From assembly GCF_000150275.1 (NCBI RefSeq), contig NW_002060950.1, positions 2,716,106 to 2,780,105 of the forward strand: DNA of 64,000 nt. The letters are read 5' to 3'. This DNA is from Trichoplax adhaerens. Taxonomy: Eukaryota; Animalia; Placozoa. The notes beneath the pieces are model-generated. The model did no database searches, had not been told where the DNA came from, and saw only the letters and a list, made by a program, of their open reading frames with translations. The position numbers and the translations under genes are program-made. This document shows, piece after piece, positions 26,351 to 37,676 of the stretch. Within the stretch, counting starts at the first letter, position 1. The number at the start of each line of letters is the position of its first letter.

Positions 26351-27619
26351 ATGCTTAAAACATTGCCAATCAATACCTTCAACAAAGACTCAACACTTCC
26401 TGATGACAGCGGTCATGACATAAAAATGAATGAAGATGATTTGCCAGGAACCCTGCATAGCGTCGAGATAGATAATCTAATTAATAATGCTAGACAAAGC
26501 AATCAGGCTGGATCATCGTCTTCTTCGTCATCACTGTCATCTTCGATGAACGATCCCTCATCTTTATTTAAGATCGAAGGTACAAAATCGAACGATGGGA
26601 CAACTAACAATAGCACTGGTAACCATCTAGGCAACAGCAAGGACAAAGCACTTTATGATGCTACTGCGAACCGTTATCGTGAATTTAAGCTATTTCATGA
26701 TTACTTTGGCTTAATTAATTTGATAGTGAAAAAGAAAGCGCACAACATCAATTCTGTTAATGGCCTTATTCAGCAGCAGGCGGCTTTATCCAATTTAGAT
26801 AGCAAATTGAACAGTCTGTGGGCGCCATCGGATACTTCATTTTCAGCCAACTCAAACAACAATCACGGTGGCAATAACAGTTACTTTACTGGTGATCTGT
26901 TTAATAACTTAAACGGATTAAATCGCAGTGATCCGCATCGATCTCGCTTTGATAGTTTGGAATCGGAAATGTCGTCTTTGGCATCAAGTAACAATGGAAC
27001 TCCAACTTTTAATAACGAGAATGAACCACAACACTTCTCCTTTGCTGAATCTAGATCGTTGCCGAAAATGAGCACGGGAAACAATGGAAATAGCATGCTA
27101 TTTCAAGCTTCACATAATGGTAACATGATTAGCAAGAGTGCTAGTCCTGCAAATAGTGGCCTGATCAGGAAAGAGGTGGGTGCTTCCAATGCCAATACTC
27201 CTACTGCTATACAAAGACGAAATGTTAAGCAACGTGTCAATCCAAGACAAGTGTGCGTCTTCTGTCGTAACAATGGCGAGCATGAAGATGTTTATACAAG
27301 CCATCAGTTAAAAGATGCTGACGGCAAGATTACATGTCCAATCCTAAAGGCTTATACTTGTCCAATTTGCGGTGCTACGGGCGAAAATTCTCACACTATT
27401 AAATATTGCCCATCGAATAAGGAAACTTCTTTGGGCAACGGAACAAATACTACTACAGCTGTTACAACTAGTAATGTTGCTACAAACTACGGCTATTCTA
27501 ATGGCGTCTCCAATGGCCAACATGAGCAGCAACAAAGCCCACTTTTCTCAGGTAATAACAGCGATATCAAAAAAATTGGAGGTAATCGTAGTAGGCAACA
27601 AAAATATGGCATTCATTAA
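26351..27619 (+). CDS. nanos: Nanos (tandem CCHC zinc-finger translational repressor), single coding exon, 422 aa
   Basis: [53 protein letters not shown] is the nanos zinc-finger pair. [14 protein letters not shown] resembles the N-terminal CNOT1-interacting motif. A splice acceptor at 26311-26312 suggests a non-coding upstream exon. Confidence 0.97.
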   Translation: MLKTLPINTFNKDSTLPDDSGHDIKMNEDDLPGTLHSVEIDNLINNARQSNQAGSSSSSSSLSSSMNDPSSLFKIEGTKSNDGTTNNSTGNHLGNSKDKALYDATANRYREFKLFHDYFGLINLIVKKKAHNINSVNGLIQQQAALSNLDSKLNSLWAPSDTSFSANSNNNHGGNNSYFTGDLFNNLNGLNRSDPHRSRFDSLESEMSSLASSNNGTPTFNNENEPQHFSFAESRSLPKMSTGNNGNSMLFQASHNGNMISKSASPANSGLIRKEVGASNANTPTAIQRRNVKQRVNPRQVCVFCRNNGEHEDVYTSHQLKDADGKITCPILKAYTCPICGATGENSHTIKYCPSNKETSLGNGTNTTTAVTTSNVATNYGYSNGVSNGQHEQQQSPLFSGNNSDIKKIGGNRSRQQKYGIH

Positions 27620-30600
27620 GTCATGTGGCCAAAACTATTTCATCAAAAGTTACCGTTAAGCAAGTATCGCAGGTAGTTTAATAAGCGATATTCTTTCTGT
27701 AGATTACTTTAGTTGCGTATATAGCTAACGTTACTCAATTTTTTTAACAATGGATGTTATTTACCACTCAGTTTATAGTAGCTAAAATTAATATAAACCA
27801 TAATGATATGGGCACATTGTACAACGAATAGAGCAGTTATTATTATCTTATAACTTACTCACTGTAATTATTCTGCTTTGTAAATGTGCCAATCGTTATC
27901 ATATACTATATAGCATTATATGTTATAACAAAGACAAATGGAACTTTAGCTATAAGATTAACAAATGCAATTCTAACTTTATTTTTAAATTGTGATTAAT
28001 CACTTATCCATTTTACATACATATCCAAGATGATTACAATTACAAGTCATGATTTACCTTTTGCTCTATATTGTAATTACCATCGTTGAAATAATCGAAA
28101 ATGAATTATTTAAAAAAGTATTACGTAATTATCATTACTTACAGTTAAGTAGAACAGGTACATTTTACTTCGTCGCATATTTACGTATTGATACAAGATG
28201 TACCTGTGACTTTAAACTGATTTATAATATCAAATTGTACTCCGATAATTATTATTATTAATACGAACTGTATTCTTTATGAAAATAGCGTATTCGGAGG
28301 AAAAAAGCTTGCTTAACAATTTTGTTCAGTCACATTATTTAGTTATTAATTCTTCCATTCATTTTTGTCTACAATGCAGCAAACATTATTTATAAGAAGT
28401 ATCCTTATTTCTTATGTTATCCTATTATTAATAGTGTATCAAGACGATAGATAAACTATTTTAGTACAGTCATAAGAACGTGATTGTACTTGTAATTCCA
28501 ATTCCAATCGGTTGAAATGGCATACCGAGTTTGATTATTTTCTATAAAGAATTTTATAATCAGGTTTTATTTGATGGTATTATCACTTTAGGCATTATTG
28601 AAATAATATTGATAAAATTAAAAATTTTTTCTTTTTCTCAAACGTATGATTTTAGTAAGTCCTAAATTATACTAATGTAGAATGCACTTGTAGCTATAAT
28701 CATCTAAAGCAGGATGTTTTGATTTTCTTATTAGTTTATCGTAGCCAATATGGGTATGATTATTGTTGTCATAGCTTATATAAGTTATCGTACAGCTGAA
28801 ATCCAATTTTTTTTTGTTAGTTTGCTATTATTGAGCAAATTACATACAAGATATAATTAACTCATGCAGTGAAGAGATTAGATTGACATCTTACTGCACA
28901 AATTCGTTCCACTAGAATATGGTTATAGAATGCATTGCTGATGTATAACTGTGCATCCTCATATATGATTGTATTGTATCGCTTTTATTAAAATTGTTTA
29001 TCTAATGTATTGTTCCAAAACTAGCGTAGATATATATATGACTTTAATTATGATTATTGTCTGTTTAATTATGAAATTTTATTTAGCCAATTAAGTCTTT
29101 ATTAAATGTTATGCCAGTCAGATAACGTATAAAGCGCAAAAAATTCGCGTGAACCTTTTTCACTTGTCACTATACGTATTGTCATTTTTTTTTTTTAAAA
29201 TCACTAATCAAAATAATTTCAGTTATTTGATGTTTTCTGTGAAAATTTTACAATATTGATTATGGTTGTCTTTATTGAATAATGCCTTTCATAGCCTAAT
29301 TAGAGTAACATTTTGATCATCCTTATTATAATTCACTTTGCAAGTCAGTATTATGATACTGATTTGGCGATATTTCATGGTACTTGTTAGCAATTTTACA
29401 ATCTTATCGTTGATATATTCTTCAAATCTACAGTATATCTATCAAAATATAGGAATACTACAAATGACTCACAATTAATTATCATTGTTCATATTTACCC
29501 TCGATTAATGACATGATTATTATGCTGTACGTGTTGATTTTGAATCTTGACTTATCTTGATCAGATACCGTTGACGTAATGCTCCATTTTTTTAAATTAG
29601 ATGCGATTTAATAGCTGCTGCAACAGCAGTAATGTCATTGCAATCAGTGTTGTTCGCAACGTTTTATTATCACTATATAAATACGTATCTTGCAGTACAT
29701 TATTGTTATTGGCGATAATTGCGTTCGCAGTTAAATCCATGCTATCATTTCCCCTAACTTACACGTTAATATTAACTTTAAGATAATCTTTCTGATTGCA
29801 CAGTCTAAGATTGATTAATTATAATCGAAAATGGAGATGAAATGATTATTTGATTGATAAAATTTCTTTTCATTATTGTCCTATTGCTCTTTCTACTTTG
29901 TAAAACGATATATATGAATGTATTTCTGTATGCATCAATGAAATATAGTACGTTACAACATTACTGCTTAGGTGATCGTTTCGGAATGTGTTTGTCTGCA
30001 TGCTTGGATTTACACAACGATATTTTCAGCGTAGTTATTCATTTTCTGTCTTCTATAGCTCTTTAAACAATGTACGCAAATAATTCGAATTGGTATCAGT
30101 TTGCAAGCTTTACCTAATATAGGTTTGCTAACGTCACAACTACAGTAAGTGATTGTACACATTGTAAATGGTAACACTGGCTCATTAATTTCGATATTAG
30201 TTAATAGATGCAGTTGTACAGTACTGAAAGCGGCTTAGAGCCTTAAGTATGATTATCATTTGATTCTCATAAACGAGTTTACTAAGATCATTTACAGACG
30301 ATGGCAAAATTGATCGCTATCCGATTATAAATTCCAAGTTATTGAATAACTCGCGACTCTATGGTTTGCTAAATACTATAATAAATAATCCTTTACAATA
30401 CGTATTTATGCCCGTATATAGAATAGAAACTGACTTACGCGTTAAAATATTGCTTAAGTATACTAGTTATTATATATATAATTACTGGCGAATCATTCGT
30501 TCAAATAAGCGGGGGAGCATAATCTATACAAAACAATAAATTAAAAGAAAATTTATAGCTAGATTATCTTAATATAGACTCCTAAATAAGCATTAAATAA

Positions 30601-31445
30601 ATAAGCATTGCAGAGAACGGCTACTCCTTTGTCGAGCAAAATAGTCATCAGAGGGGAACACGGGACTCTAAGGCAATACTACGCGTATAATACATATAAA
30701 CAAGGATCTACTTTCTTTTCTAGTAAATGCTATCAGAGAGGAAGTTTTGCTGAGCTCAAAAGCAGTACTGTGTGTGGATAAAGTCGTGCCAGTTATCCAG
30801 CAAAATAGTCATATTGACGAGTGTGGCAATGAAGTAGTGACACTACAATATTCAGAGGGCCTGGTACTAATTATAAGATGTTATTTCCATTTAGGAGTTC
30901 CTGCTGGTATGTTTTGTTATGAGAGCTATTAATTTGAGCACAATTTAGCCACTGATGGTGATGTTGATCCTTTCTTCGCAATAATAGGCAACCTATCACA
31001 TATATAGGTCAGGTAAGTTTACGTTATACTTTAGTCTTCTGTTATTTCAGTCGTAGCAAATTACTAGTGCAATACATCCATAAAATGATAATATCGGTCA
31101 TTCTAAATAACAACTACAAGGATAACAAGCATCATCTGTCGAAATTTGGTATATATACTAGAATGTTAGGATACAGTAAATTAGCGTTAAAGGATGATAA
31201 AACTAGATTGAGTAATGTAGCCCCAATTCGTAGTAAAATGTGGTAGATGGTCACGTATAAAAATTTGACAGTCGAGGGGGCTTAGTGCAATATTACTAAA
31301 GAGTTGGTATTTTCAAGGGCTATAGTGTAGAATAAGCATCAACTTAGCTTCAATGTGTACAGTAATTAGGAGAAAATTGGCTCGGTCAGAGGCTCGCGAG
31401 TTATAATTGAACACTGTAGCTTAACGTCAAGAAGGCTACAGTAAG

Positions 31446-31930
31446 CACGTTTCAAGTCTTGCAGTTATATTCTATACGCGTACTGTATTGATTTTTACTA
31501 CATAATACATTAATGCATGGATTACTAGAGAAAGACCTTCTCCTAGTAGTAGTCTAGCATGTCTTCTTTTAGAAATCTATGGTTAATGTCTAAGTAAAGC
31601 AGACTTCAAGTCTTGTAATTATATTCTATACGCTTACGGTATTGATTTTTAATACATAATACGTTAATGCATGGATTACTAGAGAAAGACCTCCTCCTAG
31701 TAATAGTCTAGCATGCCTTCTTCTAGTAATCTATGGTTAATCTCTAAGTAAAGCAGGCTTCAAGTCTTGCAATTCTACACCGTCCATTCTTGATGATTAC
31801 GTTAATGCTACAATAAACACGTTTCAAGTCTTGCACTTTTACTATCCGTAAGGGGAATGTCAACCATGGTTACCATCAGCACCTTTTAAATCTTGCAGTG
31901 TTGATTTTTACTACACAAGTAGGACTAGAG
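31446..31930. repeat. 154-bp tandem repeat (2 full copies plus degenerate partial copies)
   Basis: ttcaagtcttg occurs at 31451, 31605 and 31759 (period 154), with partial copies at ~31823 and ~31886. Each full unit contains the hairpin TACTAG-AG...CT-CCTAGTA. Confidence 0.85.
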
Positions 31931-31988
31931 TCCTTCAATAGAGGAAAACACAACCTGAACCCGATCATATTGTTGATTTTCTAACCCA

Positions 31989-32263
31989 AAATGTGAGCAA
32001 TCGCTATGCAAACACCGTATCGCCATAGGAATTGCTGAATCCTGCCCGCCTTCCAACCGGGTTCAAGTCGGGTTTCCGGTTGACTTTTACTAAAACTTGA
32101 TCAAGTAGGACTGCCGCTCTTACAGCGTTATGAATCCTTATACTGTGATAGTGTCCTGTATGGCCAGTTTGCGTAGCGAACGCCCTAATATTAACATAAT
32201 ACGACTCGATAGCGTATACGGCCGTACGATTGACGGACAAGGAGTTAAGGACAGTAATATCAC
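31989..32263 (-). ncRNA. Candidate structured ncRNA (H/ACA- or scaRNA-like), unidentified
   Basis: GC-rich relative to its flanks. Minus-strand stems: GTGATA/TATCAC, TGTCCT/AGGACA, GGCC/GGCC, AGGATT/AGTCCT, CAACCGG/CCGGTTG, AGCAAT/ATTGCT. An ANANNA-like ACAGTA follows the first stem and ACA-ttt follows the last hairpin. It is bracketed by a minus-strand GTAAGG donor (32315) and a pyrimidine-tract AG (31934-31933). Strand assignment is not certain. Confidence 0.4.
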
Positions 32264-32575
32264 CGAGTTCATTGAACGTCATTTTCATCATCATTAGTTT
32301 GTTTTTTTGCCTTACTTCCGTAAAAATTGAGCTTTCAGTTTATTATACCAAGCATCCATAGGTGGATTACTATTTTCACATGCAGTTTACGATGCTATGT
32401 AGCTATTGAATTGAATGGGTGTTACTTTTTGAGAGACGCCGCAGCCGATGTGGCCATTATCTCTTCAATCGAATTATAGAATTATCGACTGTAATCCTGA
32501 AGATAAGTTAACATCAACTTTAATTCATAGACTAGTTTCTATTCTTATTATATCGGTATATCTACGGTATCAACC

Positions 32576-35500
32576 ATGGTCAGACGGCTAGTTCAAATTG
32601 AAGTATTGGACGTTGAAAAACGTCATCATCCATCCAAACATTATGTAAGTTAAAATTGGTCGATTACACTTGTCTTGTTGGTGCTTTGCACAGTAGACGA
32701 ATTCGTTTGTCAACTCCCTCCTTTCTGGCCCACGATCATTCTCAAATACGATAACCAAGTTTCTACTTCCACTTCTAAATTTCGACCAGATTTTTAGGAA
32801 GTCTTACCCAAAATAGAGCAGCATTTATCGTACTTATTTCCACGTATTAGATTAGAAAAATTGCCTGCACCCTTTCTATGTTCTCTTGCTTTTCTTATTT
32901 TTAGTAAACTTCATGATATAGTTGTTTGAACAACTGGATTATTCGTATTGGACGATTGCTGTAAATTCTTACTTTTAAGGTTACAAAATGCGTAGAATTT
33001 CGAATATGCAGTAGGCTTGTTGAGTGATTAAGCTACTTAATACCTGATATAAAAGAATCCAATCAAGAACGACTACAAATAATGCTGAAAGACATAATGC
33101 ACTACTGATGTAGCCAAGCTTGCATGGCTAAATAGACTCATTAAAATTTCAAATATCAACAACGAACTCTCATTTCAAACTAGTTGCTTACCCGATAAGG
33201 CTGATCTCAATCGTCTCATTTCGCGTCAATAGTTATAAAAGATTTAACTGTTATAGCGTTAATTGCAATTACTATCACGATACAAAGAATAACTTGATTA
33301 CAACATGTGAATCAGTTACCTGCCTCGTCCACATCATTAGATTTTAATCGACTTAACACCTAATAGAATGGATAGTTTTACAACTTACAAGTGTATCATC
33401 CAATCTGAAACTATTTTAGGTGTACGTGATGGAAGTATTTTGGTCGGATGATACGAAACACATAATCTACCGACGCTATTCACAATTTTTTGATTTACAG
33501 GTTAGTTTTAATTCATAAAATTCATTGTTTTTCTCCAATACTTTTAGGCAACGCATTATTAATAATTTGAACATAACATGCGTCTTAAAAGATATTTGAT
33601 ATTCTCATACGTGAACTTTACAGTAGTGTTTATTTCTGCGCCAATATATTCTATGCACAAACTTTGGGCTACACTCGATCATACTGTATACTGTTCTAGC
33701 TCTACAAAAAGTATCTGCAAAACTATTCATTTTTACGCAGCAAAGATAACTTAACCTTAAACTTAAGACAATTCTGCAAAATTGTAATTGCTTACGTATT
33801 TGTAGGTCCATTTACTTGATCATTTTCCCACGGAAGCTGGGAGTAAAAATCCATCTCAGAGAACTATTCCATATTTGCCAGGTACAGTATTTAGCATAAT
33901 TTTAGACTAACACATATTCTTATAATGTTTGATACCTAAAAATTAATGAATCGCGCGATCATTATCAGATTAACTCTAACGATTAAATACTATAGTATCA
34001 AATTTCATAAACTCTAATAGATTAATACTCGTCCTTGTAATTACATAACTAGGCAAAAAGCTGTTCGTTCGCAGTCATACCTACGAAACTGCTACTGGTC
34101 GAATTTATCCACTTCGACAGTATTGTAAGGTAACAAAAGTAATGTTAAGCTACTAAAACATTTCCCGACATTAATCTCAAGATGTATTATTAAGCTCATT
34201 TTATTTCTTTATCCACTATAACTTTATATGCAGGCACTAATTAAATTACCTGATAAAATTTCCTTATATGATCGCGTATTAAAATTTTTTGAGGTTAATG
34301 ACTCAGATCTCAACCCTACTGGAGCGTAAGCAGCGTTAATTTTTATTATTTAACAGCAAATATAAAGTATCGGACAATTTTAAAAGTATTATTCTTTAGG
34401 AATAGGAGTGTGTTCGAAATTAACTGATAAAATACTAGTAATTGGTTAATCCAACGTTCAAAAAATTATCTTAGACAACATGGAGATTACTTAATATTAG
34501 TATAATATCCAAGCTAACCTTATTGTATTGCATTACCATTAGCTCTAAGGATACCAAAGGCAAAAAAAAGGGTGATAAATTGAAAGCTGGAGGTATTATT
34601 CTTATTGTATACTATCATTTTGGCATAGAGGAATCAAACATCATATTAACCTCGATTTATTGGATATAAGATCCGGACACTGAAGTTGATCCCGAGCCCA
34701 TCAACATAGAATGTTACAGAGCAGTAGCTAGTTATAAGAAAGTTGAAAAAAATGAACTTAGTCTTGTCAAGGGAATTACAGTCGATGTTATTGAAAAACG
34801 AAAAAATGGCAAGAATTATCTGCAGTTAATACAAAATGTATTCTATGTGGTCATTTATGATAGAATTTTTAATCCTAGGATGGTGGTTTGTAACCGTTGA
34901 AGATGATCATGGTTGGGTACCAGCATCATATTTGGAAAAAATAAATGAAGCTCCAGATTATCAGGATGTAGAGCCCGAAGTTGAAAAAGGTAAAGTTATG
35001 TACAGGACACATATTATTGATCAAATTTCTTTTAACTTCTTTTATTTATTATCTTCTAGCTTCAAAAGAAATATATGTTACCACACAAGATGTAGAGCCG
35101 GGATATGCTGATGAAATTCCACTACCTAAAGGAACTGCAGTAGAAGTCCTGCAGAAATCAGAAACGGGATGGTGGCTAGTAAAGTAATTGTCTATAGTAT
35201 AGTCACTCTTATCAGATCTACTGACAAATGCCATTAGTCATATCGTTGAACTCAAATACGTATTAAAATGGATGAAATAGGGTTAATGGCAAAGTTGGTT
35301 GGGCTCCGAGGGCACGTTTAGAAAGGCCAGTCCAATACTCAAGTAAAGTACTCCTTCGGCGTGATCAAGTTGAAAAAAAAATATCAGAATACTACGCCAA
35401 GGAAAATATTGCTTTGCAACAAACTAATCCTGGTATAATTTTTCACCTTTGATAAGATCTTGACTTATTAATTCCAGCAGCTGATATGAATCAAATTTAT

Positions 35501-36962
35501 TATTTTTACTCTTATCGCATGGTTGGTAAAATTTTTATAGGAACAAGTGATGACCAAGATAGTGTTGATAAGGTACCGTAATCTAGATTTTTAAATAAAT
35601 GTCTATGAAATATTCTTAATAGAAGTAATAAAATAGTTATTTAGATGAACAAAACTAATGATTTAATATTATTCCACATTGCTATATTGACTATTTGTAT
35701 GGACCATCTAGAGCGATCATGGCGGCTCTTTTCGACAACGGGTTCAATCAATTTACATGACCGCTGATGAATTCGAATCAAATGACCCTAACTGTGTAAG
35801 CTTTAGTGTTGGTGCAACGGCTGAAGTTATTGAGAAATGCAAAGATTGGTGGTATGTTAAAATCAGTAATAGCGAAGGTTGGGCGCCGGCCTCATATATT
35901 GATAAAACGTATTTGAAGGCTTCTTCTCCTATTCCATCATCTCAAACTGCGAGAAAAGGGACACAAAATTCGTCTCCTGTAATAGATCAGCCGGAAAGAG
36001 ATAAGGAAACATCCTCACCGAGACCAACCATCAAAGCACGGATGCAAAATTTATTACCAGCATCAATAAATAAGTCAGAAGGTGATAAGAAAACATCATC
36101 ACCGAAAATGACTGCAAAAGCTCAAGCAAAGAATGCTTCATCAACTATAAATCAGTCAAATAATGACAAGAAATTACCACCACCTAAACCAGCTAGATCT
36201 GGAATTGTCAAATCAGGACGAAAAAATAGTGATGTTGAAGATGCCAATGGCAAGAACCCAAACGATGATACAAAGCATGGTGGATCAAATACTGAGATCG
36301 CAAAGCCTCAAATACAACTCCGACCGGTCCCACATCCAAAGAAAAAGGATTCTACTTCGCCCGCTGCATCTCCGAAACTAGCCTCTAGAAAATCTAATCC
36401 GAGTGGAAAGCATAAGCAGAGTAATTCGCAAAGCGGTGAAAACCCTGTATCTATAATTCAAGAGATGCGCTCCAAACTTAAAACAACTCAAAGAGCCGCA
36501 CCAGTTGCTTATGGAAAATCATCTATTGACAGTACAGCTACTGTAAATAAACCAGAGATAACAAAGCAAAGACAAGTTCCTCTAAGACCAAAGCCAATAA
36601 CTCACAAATCCAAGGAAAATGGAAACTCGGTAAATAACAATGAGGCAAAGCAAATCGCCAGCAGTAATCCAGGTAATTTACAAGATGTTAAAGCAACTGA
36701 GGCTTCCTCAGTTTCTAATCACCTAGCACGCCCTGCAGTCAAAAAGGAGTCATATCGTGTGCTGTACGAATTTAGTAAAACTTTCAATGGAACAATCGAT
36801 GTTAAAGAAAGCGAACTTGTAAATGTTATTGAAAAAAATGAAGATGGCTGGTGGTTAGTTAGGCGTGGTTCAGATGAGGGTTTCGTTCCTGGAAACTATC
36901 TAGAAGCGGTGCCAGCAAATTTTAAGCCGCCTCGTCCACCGAAACCGAAACCCAGAAACTAA
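32576..36962 (+). CDS. SH3PXD2: SH3 and PX domain-containing protein 2 (Tks4/Tks5-like adaptor; PX + 4 SH3), multi-exon
   Basis: MVRRLVQIEVLDVEKRHHPSKHY / VYVMEVFWSDDTKHIIYRRYSQFFDLQ / HFPTEAGSKNPSQRTIPYLPGK form the PX domain. Four SH3 domains carry WW...GWxP motifs (GWWFVTVEDDHGWVPASYL; GWWLVKVNGKVGWAP; DWWYVKISNSEGWAPASYI; GWWLVRRGSDEGFVPGNYL). A Pro-rich linker lies between SH3-3 and SH3-4. Confidence 0.9.
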
Positions 36963-37676
36963 ACTAACAACAAAACTTGAATTTTTACCACTTATTTTGG
37001 TATTCTTGCTGTAATTCATGCTACCGATCTCATTTACACTAACTAGGAATATTCTTCATATCTATTGTTCATTGTTCACCAAAATTAAACCTAATATTCA
37101 ATAATTACAGTTACTATTGAGAAATTTTACGAAATTTGGCGATAGCAATTTGATTGACTTCAAATTCTATTAGAATGTACTAAATATTTATGTTACCGTA
37201 GTTACTGTATTTATTTACTATTATCCGAACAGGATTTTTTCTGAGGAAAATCAGTTTATTGATTTCATACAGGCAAACCAATGATATTGGATCTTGTTTA
37301 CTACAATAGGTTTAGTTAACTTATATAATAATCAACATACGTATATAGTGGGTATATGAAACTATTAGATACACATATACACATATATGTAAATTTTGAA
37401 ACATGTAGAAATTGCAAGTTTACACATTACTCTAATTCATTTTGAAATATATTTCTAATTATATAGTAATTAATATTATTAGAGGAACGGATTTTGCACT
37501 GCTTACATTTGATTGTAATAAACGAGATGTTAATTTAATTTATTATGAATGAGTTTAGTTCCAGCCACTTACTTTGAGAAATGTAGAAAAAGCATAACTT
37601 TGCTGAATGCGAATACAATATACGTTCGTATTAGGGCACACTTAAAATCATTATTAACCGAAATAGTCAATTACAC

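Noticed and set aside
31975-32290. Telomerase RNA on the + strand (CTAACCC at 31981 followed by a possible pseudoknot CAACCGG/TCAAGT)
   Set aside because: The template would be only 7 nt. There is no U-rich triple-helix loop, no recognisable P6.1 and no + strand H/ACA end. It is kept only as something a covariance-model search should exclude.
32004-32294. 96-aa minus-strand ORF
   Set aside because: No recognisable domain; the open frame is explained by the locally higher GC.
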